A stretch of DNA of 64,000 bases, taken from the IMG/VR virus record IMGVR_UViG_3300002462_000001. The stretch is one strand, 5' to 3'. The DNA comes from a virus. A model generated the notes under the pieces. The model was not told where the DNA came from. It saw nothing but the letters and a program-made list of their open reading frames with translations, and did no database searches. A program made the translations under genes and the position numbers. Numbering within the stretch: position 1 is the first letter of the stretch; every line of letters begins with the position of its first letter. Positions 37,218-46,885 of this stretch are shown here, in pieces.

Positions 37218-38183
37218 TTAGACTTCTACGGCAGCTGCCGTAGCAACCTGCATAGCATCGTCAAGTATCAGCCCAATATCCGTAATCCTGTGCGTGAACT
37301 CCCTGACAGTCGAACTGGCCGCGTCTAGCGAATCCATGCACATATCCTGAAGCGTCTCAAACGCTACATTCTCACGCCAGTTCCGTATATTCTCCTCAAT
37401 ACGGTCAAACTTCTTGTCCACCTGCTGAATGAGGTCAACCAATTGCACACACAACTTGTCAATGTCAGTGTCAGACGGTAAATCACCGAGCGCATCACCT
37501 TTAACCGGAGCAGTTGAAGATGCTTTCTTCTCTGCCTTGGATGTAATTTGCGGTTCTTCAACGTCCTCACTGTCGTAATACACCGCCTCAACTCGCCTTA
37601 CCACACCAAGAAGTTTATCGACCTCCTCCGTAACCTGACGATGCGTAACAATATCACCGCTGAATATGCGGTCAATAATGCCCTGCCGATGCTCAGCAAA
37701 ATCGTCAGTGGGCATACGGTTAAGTTCCCGTATGTGACTGTAAGTGAGTTTGATACCTTGTTTCTGAGCCGCCTGAGCCAACTGCCTCAAGTAATCACCG
37801 CCCATAATTTCTACGGAACGGGTAACATGAGAAATTGTTGACTCTGGAATACCCAGAACAGCCGAGAAGGTCGAAGTAATCTTAGAGCCGTACGGCATAC
37901 GGTGCGGATCGGTAACGTCCAAGTCCTTCTGCGCGATCTCCTGCCTCCGTGCAGCTACGTCGATACCCAGTTCCACCAGATTAATCAACTCCCGGTGCGA
38001 ATTGTGGTTCGGCAAGTGCTTTAACAACAACATCACGTCGATGTCGTCCAGCTCGTGTACGAGCTTCTTGTACTGCAATGGCAGCTTGTCCAGCAATGCC
38101 ATCTTCTGTTTTGACATAAAATTGCTCCTTTTTGTTTGTTGAATATTCAGAGCATATTTTATCAACAACCCAAAAAGGCGCAA
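37218..38183 (-). CDS. Hypothetical helical DNA-binding-like protein
   Basis: LTYSHIREL motif reminiscent of DUF1016-N/ParB-like HTH; probable start MSKQK. Confidence 0.5.
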   Translation of the reverse strand: MRLFGLLIKYALNIQQTKRSNFMSKQKMALLDKLPLQYKKLVHELDDIDVMLLLKHLPNHNSHRELINLVELGIDVAARRQEIAQKDLDVTDPHRMPYGSKITSTFSAVLGIPESTISHVTRSVEIMGGDYLRQLAQAAQKQGIKLTYSHIRELNRMPTDDFAEHRQGIIDRIFSGDIVTHRQVTEEVDKLLGVVRRVEAVYYDSEDVEEPQITSKAEKKASSTAPVKGDALGDLPSDTDIDKLCVQLVDLIQQVDKKFDRIEENIRNWRENVAFETLQDMCMDSLDAASSTVREFTHRITDIGLILDDAMQVATAAAVEV

Positions 38184-38190
38184 GGGGGAG

Positions 38191-38907
38191 CTAGCACTCT
38201 ACGATAACTTCCTGTATTGCCTCCGGCACAAAATCATACTTGTCGTTATGGCACGCAACGTTCATAAGCACAGTGTCGCCGATACGACCACTATACCTAC
38301 CATCAGCATGATTGTGCCCAAACACCACTAATTTCAAATTCGGGCGTGCCTGTATAGCCTGTGTCAGAGCTTCAGAGCCCGTGCGACCCTCTTCACGTAA
38401 GTGATCACCGTAACCAAACGGCGGACTGTGGCAAATCAGAATATCTGTGTCAGACGGAATCAACGCAAAACGCTCTGCAAGCTCATCCTCTGTACTTTTC
38501 ATCCACGCCCACTCACCATACCGGCGGCACCACGGAGTTCCATGCACCTTCAATCTTTTATCTGACGTTTTTGATTGTATGACCGCTGAACCGTCTATCA
38601 GGCAGTTCACGCCGTCATATTTGTTCTGATTTACATAACACTCGCCGCCATTTTCATCTAAAAACTGAAACGTAAAGTGCTTTTGAGGTTTCCAAAAGTC
38701 ATGATTACCGGGCGTTAGAAAAATTGGTGCTTTAGCGTATGTAGAAACATCCACCAAACAATCCACAAAGGAATTTAGTACAGAATGAACTACAATATCC
38801 CCTGCCAGTAAAATCGCGTCAGCCTTACATTCACGGGCTATACCGCCTATTTTCATAAGCGCAAGACCGGAACCATGCACATCTGCCGCACATACTAAAC
38901 GAAACAT
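38191..38907 (-). CDS. Calcineurin-like metallophosphoesterase
   Basis: ADVHG, AGD, PGNHD, CHSPP, FGHNH. Confidence 0.92.
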   Translation of the reverse strand: MFRLVCAADVHGSGLALMKIGGIARECKADAILLAGDIVVHSVLNSFVDCLVDVSTYAKAPIFLTPGNHDFWKPQKHFTFQFLDENGGECYVNQNKYDGVNCLIDGSAVIQSKTSDKRLKVHGTPWCRRYGEWAWMKSTEDELAERFALIPSDTDILICHSPPFGYGDHLREEGRTGSEALTQAIQARPNLKLVVFGHNHADGRYSGRIGDTVLMNVACHNDKYDFVPEAIQEVIVEC

Positions 38908-38909
38908 AA

Positions 38910-40343
38910 CTATCTATCGGCTACTGTTTTACTTGTTTCCTTAAACCACGCCGCAATCTCGTCCGACATTTCATTGTCATAATTTCTAGTTGCTTTGATT
39001 GGCGTTACTTCCCCACAATAAGAGCTTTCTGCCATAGTACCATTCACGGCATCAATGTACATACTGTACTGCCCCTCTTTCTCAGTGTACAACAACTTAG
39101 ATATACCAGCACGTTCAATTTCATCGCGGTGATCCTCAAGATACTTCGTATCAACACCAATGTCATACGATCTAATCTTGGCTATCTTATCAAAGGTATT
39201 CTCCTTCCACCGCGTTTTATCGTACTCGCTAAATCGATACGAACCGGCTCTGCCGCATTCTTTGAATCCCAACAGAGTAATTGGCAAACCACGTGCCTCT
39301 TTGACCAAATAAGATACATCACACACCTTATCAACGATTTGCAAACAATACCGCCAATAATCAAATTCGTGATAATCACATAAAGTTTTTACCTTGTGAA
39401 TGTCAGAAGAGTGATCAACTGAAAACGCCACCCGACCACAGCACTCGTTAAAAACAGCGACATTTTTGTCATCCTTAAACCAATCATAATTCCTAGTTGT
39501 AAAATTGGGGACAATTCCTAGCAATTTTGCTTCTCTAAGTATGTCATGAAAGTTTGGATGCAGTGTTGCCTCACCGCCGCCCAACGCCACCTCAGGTACT
39601 TGCAAATCAGCCAATGCCGCCAAAACCGTACTAATACGCCTATAATCAGCGTGCTCGCCGTCAACAGAAGAATTCTGATAACAGTAACGACACCCTTTCG
39701 TACAATAGTCGGTGATTTTAATGTCCACCAATTCAGGCAACGAGGAATACCGCATATCTTGATCACCAAACGTAAAACGGCACTTCGTACCAGATTTACG
39801 ATTGAACAAGAGCCAATACCCATAAATAGGATCTTTGCGAGCGGTTTCCCAGCCAACATCCATTAGTTCAGACACATTGCTCTCTTGGCCGTCAGATCCC
39901 AAGTCCGTAACCCGAAAGCCACCCTCTGAATTGTCATTCCCGCCGAAAATGGCTACGTTATCCCCCAACAGGTGCGCCTTCAATTCATCAAAGAACTCCT
40001 TATTGACGTAATCTGAACCGAGATACTTCGGAAGCGGCAACCTGCTTTGATGATCAATATAACAACCATTCTCAACTTTAACGCTGTCCAGCCAACTCTG
40101 AACATAATAGTCCCAGATATAAAGCGGTACTTTATTCTGCCAAACAGCGTGGTGCAATAAGGTGCCAATGTAGCCAAGTTTCGCTTCTTTAGAGGCCAGA
40201 ACAAAATCTTGCCAACCATATTCGTTAAATTCCGGTACATCTTCATCTGTGAATGTGACTTTGTCCGGAAAAACAATAATTGAATGGGTACTGCTGCTAT
40301 TACAAGCAAAACCAAAACGAATGTTTGAGATATTTACGGGCAT
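38910..40343 (-). CDS. Radical SAM protein with N-terminal NSSSTHS domain
   Basis: CTKGCRYC (CxxxCxxC), GGGEATLHP. Confidence 0.92.
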   Translation of the reverse strand: MPVNISNIRFGFACNSSSTHSIIVFPDKVTFTDEDVPEFNEYGWQDFVLASKEAKLGYIGTLLHHAVWQNKVPLYIWDYYVQSWLDSVKVENGCYIDHQSRLPLPKYLGSDYVNKEFFDELKAHLLGDNVAIFGGNDNSEGGFRVTDLGSDGQESNVSELMDVGWETARKDPIYGYWLLFNRKSGTKCRFTFGDQDMRYSSLPELVDIKITDYCTKGCRYCYQNSSVDGEHADYRRISTVLAALADLQVPEVALGGGEATLHPNFHDILREAKLLGIVPNFTTRNYDWFKDDKNVAVFNECCGRVAFSVDHSSDIHKVKTLCDYHEFDYWRYCLQIVDKVCDVSYLVKEARGLPITLLGFKECGRAGSYRFSEYDKTRWKENTFDKIAKIRSYDIGVDTKYLEDHRDEIERAGISKLLYTEKEGQYSMYIDAVNGTMAESSYCGEVTPIKATRNYDNEMSDEIAAWFKETSKTVADR

Positions 40344-40834
40344 AACTTTAACACGGTTGGTAAAAAATCTTTAAAAGGTATAATATTACTGATAATATCG
40401 GCATAACATAGCTTCTCAACTATCTCCCCAATCGTAATTTCACACCATTTGTCCCAATTGCGGCAGCTAATGCCGCCCGGATTGGCAGTGGTCAATGTAG
40501 CATGCGCCGATCTATACTCAGGCGTATTAACCATGGGCTTTGTATATACGTACAAATTATGCGACGTAGTAAAGGCTGCCAACATAAAGTAAGCCTGCGC
40601 ACTCGGCACATCACAAGGGAGCACTAACGTCTTTTTAATACGCCTGAAAACTACATTTGAAACACCGTAATAACATCTTGATGGCTGCTTACAAGAATTA
40701 TTAAATCGTACACTGCTAATGTTACCCGTCAAAGGCGGAGGTTCATTATCGGGTACGCATAAATAGTTTTGGTTTTCTGGCCTGTAAAACACAGGAATTA
40801 AAAATTCCAACTGTTCAAATTTTTGTCGTGACAT
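40334..40834 (-). CDS. Hypothetical protein
   Basis: ORF track. Confidence 0.55.
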   Translation of the reverse strand: MSRQKFEQLEFLIPVFYRPENQNYLCVPDNEPPPLTGNISSVRFNNSCKQPSRCYYGVSNVVFRRIKKTLVLPCDVPSAQAYFMLAAFTTSHNLYVYTKPMVNTPEYRSAHATLTTANPGGISCRNWDKWCEITIGEIVEKLCYADIISNIIPFKDFLPTVLKLCP

Positions 40835-40844
40835 GGCTCTTTTG

Positions 40845-41453
40845 TTAGTTTTCTACCGGCACTCGGACTGCCACCTTTCGCTCAAAGATGCCAAGCGGTC
40901 CGCTCACACGCCTGTACACCACCTTATATTCAGGCTGCACTGTCTCTTGATCCTCTGCCTTGATAAGGTCGGATTCAGGGTTTCTGCCGGGAACATAAGC
41001 GTCCATTGATGAAAGTGCTCTGTATGTCCACCACACACCCTCAGCACCAACCCCCATAAATCTATCGTTCGCGTTAAGTAATTTGGCGTTATGACCAGGA
41101 GAACTGCGCCACATACGAAAAACTCCATCGCCGTCATCTCTACCGCGAGCACAATTCTCAAAAGAAGCGCCATGATAAAGTCTCTTAACCCGGCTCATAT
41201 GCTGCGACCATCTTCGACTATCAGTCACCAACTGATCAACCAACGTCAGAAACGGTAAGTTCCTACTAGCTCGAAGTTCATCAAGTTTATCAACAAACGC
41301 CTGTTCTTCAGGAGATAGACTCATGTACACTGCACAATTTCTCGGTCCATCCATCGAACACTCAGCTTCGTCACACTGCGGATATGATAATTGTGCTTCA
41401 GCAACACTGCAAATAAAGAACACGGCAATAAATAAGATATGAATTTTTTTCAT
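40845..41453 (-). CDS. Secreted CAP/SCP-domain protein
   Basis: Signal peptide MKKIHILF..AEA; HMS, ENCARG, WRSSPGHNAKLL, MGVG. Confidence 0.8.
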   Translation of the reverse strand: MKKIHILFIAVFFICSVAEAQLSYPQCDEAECSMDGPRNCAVYMSLSPEEQAFVDKLDELRASRNLPFLTLVDQLVTDSRRWSQHMSRVKRLYHGASFENCARGRDDGDGVFRMWRSSPGHNAKLLNANDRFMGVGAEGVWWTYRALSSMDAYVPGRNPESDLIKAEDQETVQPEYKVVYRRVSGPLGIFERKVAVRVPVEN

Positions 41454-41534
41454 AGATTTAATATCGTTAGAGGGGTTTAAGAGCTGACCGGAACAGCCCC
41501 GCAAATGCGGGACATGCTCCGGCACCAATAATTT

Positions 41535-41909
41535 CTATTCAGAGACAACGCTCAATGTTTTTCCTCTCGGAACACGGACTCTATCAGTAAAAAGCCCGCG
41601 AATCACAAACGGCTCCCGAGGCTCCTCTACGACTCTGTATTGCGGCGCAGGACGCGATTCAAACGTCATAACAGCCTGCGAAGGCTGAGCAACCACCGTA
41701 GATTGCACAACTGTACGCGGTACAATTACGCGGGGGCGCCATATTCTCGTCTGCGTAAGCGTAACCGGCTGACCAACGCTAGCCACAGACTGAATCGACG
41801 GAGCAACAATAATCTGCTGCCCGTGAGCTTTGCTCAAGCCCAAGGCGCATACGAGTCCAACAACGAACGCAACCGCCAACCAACAATAGTGTTTTCTCTC
41901 AAGTTTCAT
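41535..41909 (-). CDS. Secreted Val/Pro-rich hypothetical protein
   Basis: Signal peptide ending AHG. Confidence 0.65.
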   Translation of the reverse strand: MKLERKHYCWLAVAFVVGLVCALGLSKAHGQQIIVAPSIQSVASVGQPVTLTQTRIWRPRVIVPRTVVQSTVVAQPSQAVMTFESRPAPQYRVVEEPREPFVIRGLFTDRVRVPRGKTLSVVSE

Positions 41910-42036
41910 AACGTAACCTTTCTTCTGTTTTTTGCGGAGTTGATTTTATAACCGCAGATAGTCCCGCAATACCTACTATCTACGGCTTGAACGGTTCTCA
42001 AATGTAATCACTGCTTCGGTTCAAAACATGAACAGG

Positions 42037-42729
42037 TCAGTAAGTAGCTCTGCCAACATAAATCACTGCCGAATCAGCGCCGTAGATAAATTGCGTAAAC
42101 TCAGTCAGATACGCATTAACCAGCGCAAAATCATTTCGCGAAAAATAGTCAAACACCCCTGAAGACTTAATAGCAGAATAACGCATGCACTCCTGCGCAA
42201 CACTCTTAGATAAAGCAAGCAAATATGTGTTAATGCGTTCAGCACTAGCATTCACTAAAATCGGCTTTCCCGATGCTTTCTTCCGCAACGCAATCAAAAG
42301 TTTAGATATTGGACCGCCGACACGCGATACACTCATTTTAACATAATGCTCTGCGCCGTCCAAATAATTTTGATACGCCTGCCGGCATGCCTCAGATGCC
42401 AGATGGCTAAACTTGAAGTAATTCAACTCAGAATACGTGTGCCTCACACCCATAAGCATAGAAGCACGAACGTATAACTCGATATCAGAAACACTGTAGT
42501 CCTGGGCCAGTTTCCTAAGAACATTGATACTGGTCTTACCCTTGGGATGACCACGCCATTTGCACTCCTGACACCATGTTTTCCAGGCAATATCAGCAAA
42601 ATCGTCAGGCACCTGAACAACCGGCTTACGTCTGCGAGGCAAAACTGCGTCAAACTCCGGAATATCTTTAGGCGTAACACCTAATTTCTGCTTAATGAAA
42701 TCGTTGGGGGTTATTTTGGTTTTTGCCAT
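42037..42729 (-). CDS. Hypothetical protein coupled to the Rep-like gene
   Basis: Stop/start overlap with 42729-43754. Confidence 0.65.
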   Translation of the reverse strand: MAKTKITPNDFIKQKLGVTPKDIPEFDAVLPRRRKPVVQVPDDFADIAWKTWCQECKWRGHPKGKTSINVLRKLAQDYSVSDIELYVRASMLMGVRHTYSELNYFKFSHLASEACRQAYQNYLDGAEHYVKMSVSRVGGPISKLLIALRKKASGKPILVNASAERINTYLLALSKSVAQECMRYSAIKSSGVFDYFSRNDFALVNAYLTEFTQFIYGADSAVIYVGRATY

Positions 42730-43754
42730 CAGACATCAATGATTTTATTTCCTGCAAATTCCAATGCTTTCGTCTTTTTTATCAGGCTACCGAGACGATT
42801 GTTGTCGTAATCATAACCGACTAACTCAAACAAAATTTCAGATTTTTTCCACTTCTCAAAAAGCATTTTCTTTTTGTTTTTATAACACCATCTAATAAGC
42901 GGCGGTACACGCTCGCCGGATTTAGTGACTCTATCCTCCCTGGATAAGGCGTTCATCGCTGCCTCAAACTGCCTTTTTAAATTGTCATTACGTGAGGAAC
43001 GCATTTCCGGGCATACAGCAAGTAAATCCCCAACTACGACAGATCTTGGTCCTTGATGACTAGCTCGATACGAATAATTCAATAACAAGTAACGCGCAAT
43101 ACTATATGCGTTTTCATTTCTTTCAACCAGTTTAAATAGTCCAACATAGTAAGGCATCAGCCGTCTATTCATGCTATCTAGATGCTCCAGCACGCACTTA
43201 TCAAACCGCACACCAAAACACGCTTTCCCCTCTATAATAGCGTCTCTAGCTTCTGCCCGCTTCTCAGCAACAGTTAAATCGACAGACGACGGTGCAAACC
43301 CAACAACTCCACGCCTAGACACAAGAGTAGTAATTTCACTTACGCCGTCAGTTAAACTAATTTTGCTCCACTTCTTCAAACCGTCAATTATTAGGTCAAA
43401 ATAATATGACCTATTTTCATGGCTCAGTGTCAGACCCATAACGGTCAAATACTCGTCTAACATGAACAAAATACTGTCATTGAGGTCATCATTATGCCGC
43501 TGACTGTTAAACCGACATAACCAACACATGATGAAATCAAATAATTTTCTATCTGCCAAACTAAACTCCAAGTCTTTACCTGACTCGTTGGTAAGCATAA
43601 TCTGCTCGCCCATTATCTCTACAGAGACTGAATTGTCACTTGCCAGATTAGGGACGGCTGAAACGGCAGTCAGAAGTGACGACTGATACGAAGGAACCCA
43701 GGTTTTAGCGACTGGTCTGGCCTCCAGTGAAACTAATGAAAAGTCCATACTCAT
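42729..43754 (-). CDS. Replication initiator (Rep)-like protein
   Basis: Directly downstream of iteron arrays; winged-helix-like C-terminus LKRQFEAAMNAL..IRWCY..W..SEILFE. Confidence 0.6.
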   Translation of the reverse strand: MSMDFSLVSLEARPVAKTWVPSYQSSLLTAVSAVPNLASDNSVSVEIMGEQIMLTNESGKDLEFSLADRKLFDFIMCWLCRFNSQRHNDDLNDSILFMLDEYLTVMGLTLSHENRSYYFDLIIDGLKKWSKISLTDGVSEITTLVSRRGVVGFAPSSVDLTVAEKRAEARDAIIEGKACFGVRFDKCVLEHLDSMNRRLMPYYVGLFKLVERNENAYSIARYLLLNYSYRASHQGPRSVVVGDLLAVCPEMRSSRNDNLKRQFEAAMNALSREDRVTKSGERVPPLIRWCYKNKKKMLFEKWKKSEILFELVGYDYDNNRLGSLIKKTKALEFAGNKIIDV

Positions 43755-43784
43755 AATTTTACTAAAAGACGGTTAAAAACCGCT

Positions 43785-44134
43785 GGAAGGGTGTAGTAAA
43801 CAGTCGGAAGGGTATAGTAAATCGTCGGAAGGGTGTAGTAAATCGTCGGAAGGGTGTGGTAAATCATTTCGTCTGAGCCTAGAAAACAATGGAATTGTTC
43901 CGTAAACCAGACACACCCCCGACGACTAAAAATCGAAAAGCTATATGTAGTAAATCGGGGGTATTTTAAAAGGCTACGTGTAGTAAACGTAAAAGCTATA
44001 TGTAGTAAATGCGCAGGCTATGTATAGTAAACCGAAGGCTATGTATAGTAATGCGTTTCGTTTGAGCCCAGAAAACATGGGGATTTTTTTCCCTTAAACT
44101 AGATATATAACTAGATATACTACTAGATAGTTAG
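43785..44134. repeat. Putative replication origin: two iteron-like arrays plus AT-rich repeats
   Basis: 4x GGAAGGGTRTRGTAAA at 21 bp period (43785-43863); 5x GCTAYRTRTAGTAAA (43940-44052); each array is followed by TTTCGTYTGAGCCYAGAAAACA; 3x ACTAGATA (44097-44134). Confidence 0.8.
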
Positions 44135-44431
44135 AAAACGGGAAAAACGTGAATGGAAAACGATTTTTCGTCAGCCCTGTCGGGCTGCCTCCAAAATCGT
44201 TTTCAGAAATTGTTTTTTCTATACTTCAGGAACTCCATAGCTCAATTCTCAGACACGTTTAGGTCATCAGATAACAAAAGTACCCAGAAACTACTAAAAC
44301 TCAGTAGCGTCGTTCCTAGGTGCCTTAAAATCGATTTCCTCAAAAGTAACACTTTCCTCTTGTTCATCTGATGACTCAGATTCCTCAGTTTACATAAACA
44401 CCTTATCTTACTCAGATTCTCTAGGTTCCAC

Positions 44432-45994
44432 TCATGTATCTGCTACCAGAGGTTCCTCTTTTTTCTTTCTATATCTTCTGGTACCAGTGTATGTATCTTC
44501 AGATGTTTTAGTTTTTCTGTTTTTCTTTTCATCAGAGTTATCTACCAACACCGCATTTCCTTGTTCTACCAGAGTTCCAACATCTCCTATCAATTTCAGA
44601 TAAGTAGGGGGGAGTTTCTTATTTTCTCTGGCTTTTGTACATGTCAGAATTGCCATTGAGGTTGCTTCGTCTATGTGGGATATGTTGAAGGCGCTAGTGA
44701 AGTGCATTGCCCAGCTTCCACTTCCCATAGCGTTTGTGTGGTCTAGCGTCTGATGTGATTTCTTTCTGTTACCGTCTCCATTCGCCTGATGGATAACCCA
44801 AACCGGGCAGTTGAACGCAAAGGCAAGTGTATCTCTGACCTGGGAGGGTACATTCTGAGTTGCCAGCCACAAATTACTGTTTTTACTCTTATCTCTACTT
44901 AATTTATCAAAAATAATATCCGCTGTGTGGTCTATTACTATCAGAGCACAGTAGGTATTTCTTCCTTCTTGTTTATCTGTTTCCAGAATTTTATTGACCA
45001 CAAGCCTCACTACATCTACGGGATCTTCGGCAATACCTCTGATTTTAGGGTTGGTTAGGTCGATAATGCGGATAGTTTGTCTTATTAACTTCTGAGCATT
45101 GTGTTCGCGTTCCGCCTCACCTGACATTACCCCGCCGAACCACTCGTTACAGATGTCAACGTCTCTTTCAGACATTGCCACAGCTGTTGTCTTAGGTGTA
45201 GGGTCTTTTCCGCTCAGTTTTGCGAGCGGAACCTTAGCCAGGCAGGATACCATCCGGTCAGTGATTTTCACCATTCCGTCTTCAGTGGTAACGTAAAATA
45301 CCTTTCCCAGCGGCTTTTTTCTAAGGCTTTCTCTGTAACGAATGGACATTTTTTTAGCGTAGGATACTGCAATCTGCACTCCCATTGCACTTTTTCCGGC
45401 ACCGGAAGGTCCGATATAGGAGTACATTTCCCTGCCGGAAAAGCCGCCAATGTACTTGTCAATAAAGGAAACGCCTGTTCTTGTGAAGTTTACGACTTTA
45501 GAACGAAGACTTATTTGTTCGTCAGAGAACGGGTCAAAATCATCTTCTGTAAACTGCGTAGACCCCTCAGCTTTCGCTAAATCTGCCGTGTACTCTGCCA
45601 ACCGTGACCGCAATTCCTCCGGCGGTAAATCCGCTACTTCGTCAATTAACTGCGAATGTTTGAGGTTGATAATGTAGTCACCGCTCCATTTAGCCACCTC
45701 TGCTTCTGTTAATTGAATTGACGGGCTGCTGACTATCAGGTTGTACAGGTACTGCCACTCAGCGTTATCTAGTTCCTGGGTCTGACATATGCGCTCATAC
45801 AGTGCGGTGATGAGCCCCTCTGTACTTGGTACATCGTTGAGTTTCGCAACCTGTTCGGCAACCACCAAATACAATGTGATTAAATCACGCCCACCTAGAA
45901 AATATGGACTTGAGATCTGACTGGTAAAGAGTTGCCAGTTTTTAAGACTTTGAATCGCTGCCTGAATGAGTTTTATTAGTTTTTCATGTGACAT
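44432..45994 (-). CDS. dnaB: SF4 (DnaB-like) replicative helicase
   Basis: GPSGAGKS, IVIDH, VIHQ, GSGS..; start moved to MSHEK with SD AGGA. Confidence 0.85.
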   Translation of the reverse strand: MSHEKLIKLIQAAIQSLKNWQLFTSQISSPYFLGGRDLITLYLVVAEQVAKLNDVPSTEGLITALYERICQTQELDNAEWQYLYNLIVSSPSIQLTEAEVAKWSGDYIINLKHSQLIDEVADLPPEELRSRLAEYTADLAKAEGSTQFTEDDFDPFSDEQISLRSKVVNFTRTGVSFIDKYIGGFSGREMYSYIGPSGAGKSAMGVQIAVSYAKKMSIRYRESLRKKPLGKVFYVTTEDGMVKITDRMVSCLAKVPLAKLSGKDPTPKTTAVAMSERDVDICNEWFGGVMSGEAEREHNAQKLIRQTIRIIDLTNPKIRGIAEDPVDVVRLVVNKILETDKQEGRNTYCALIVIDHTADIIFDKLSRDKSKNSNLWLATQNVPSQVRDTLAFAFNCPVWVIHQANGDGNRKKSHQTLDHTNAMGSGSWAMHFTSAFNISHIDEATSMAILTCTKARENKKLPPTYLKLIGDVGTLVEQGNAVLVDNSDEKKNRKTKTSEDTYTGTRRYRKKKEEPLVADT

Positions 45995-46027
45995 CGCTGA
46001 ACATCCTTGAAATTGATTGCCGTTAAG

Positions 46028-46062
46028 GAATGACCCGGCAGGTTCCCCGTACCGGGTCATTC
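46028..46062. terminator. Strong 11 bp hairpin between the HTH gene and the helicase
   Basis: GAATGACCCGG / CCGGGTCATTC; no clear U-tract. Confidence 0.45.
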
Positions 46063-46070
46063 ATAGCATT

Positions 46071-46730
46071 TTACCTACCGTGGTCCAGCAATAAATTACG
46101 CAGCATATTTGCTAATCTATAGGCTGTGTCGCGGTGCATGCCGATTGTTGCCATGTGATTGACCCATGATTCGAAAACTTGCTGAGGCAGCTCATAGACG
46201 ACCATACGTCCGCTGCACTTCTTCGGCTGCTTCTTCGGTCCGGAGCCGACTTGCGTCTTCAACTTCTTGACCGCCTTCTTAACGGCCTTCTTGTTACCGC
46301 ACGCGGTAACGCAGACGGACTTGACCGCTTTTGGTGCTTTGGGAAGTTTCTTGCGAAGGTCTTTCTTCGTCACCTTCTTGCTGCACTTGTTTTTACAGCA
46401 CTTCGCCGTCTTCTTAACCGGCTTTTTCGGTTTTGGAAAGTCGTCTTTGGCTCCCATTTTGATAATTGCAGCAGGTGTCATGGTGCGGTTAAACACCTGT
46501 TTTATGCGGCGTTTAATTGCTTTAGCTCCGTGGCCGGCCTGAGCCAAAGCCATAATAAATTTCTTTACCGCAGTGTCCTCCACTGATGCAGGGTATTTGG
46601 CTCGCTGCTCTCGGAGTGCGCGCTGCACCCACAAACTAGTACGTTCAAGCTCGACAGCAATTTGCTGAGTATCCCTGCCGTATAAATGTAGTTCCCATGC
46701 TCTTTGAGCGTCTGTTTTTATTTCTTGCAT
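46071..46730 (-). CDS. HTH protein with Lys/Ala-rich histone H1-like segment
   Basis: TQQIAVELERTSLWVQRAL HTH; KKAVKKAVKKLK-type repeats. Confidence 0.65.
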   Translation of the reverse strand: MQEIKTDAQRAWELHLYGRDTQQIAVELERTSLWVQRALREQRAKYPASVEDTAVKKFIMALAQAGHGAKAIKRRIKQVFNRTMTPAAIIKMGAKDDFPKPKKPVKKTAKCCKNKCSKKVTKKDLRKKLPKAPKAVKSVCVTACGNKKAVKKAVKKLKTQVGSGPKKQPKKCSGRMVVYELPQQVFESWVNHMATIGMHRDTAYRLANMLRNLLLDHGR

Positions 46731-46885
46731 TGTGTGTTCTCCTATATTTGCAAGTTAATTTTGCGGCTTAGTGATTACCACTTTTGCGTACAACCATGCA
46801 CAACAGGACTAACAGCCGCAGTCCCTTCAAAACAAGATGAAAACCGGCAATATAGGCCGGTTCCATCGATAGCCAGATTCCAACA

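Noticed and set aside
43785-44052. CRISPR array
   Set aside because: Repeats are 15-21 bp in near-tandem with only 5-7 nt linkers (one 18 nt), there are no unique 30-40 nt spacers and no cas genes; iterons fit better.
45995-46060. 22-codon N-terminal extension of the helicase
   Set aside because: Overlaps an 11 bp hairpin; ATG 45994 has a proper SD.
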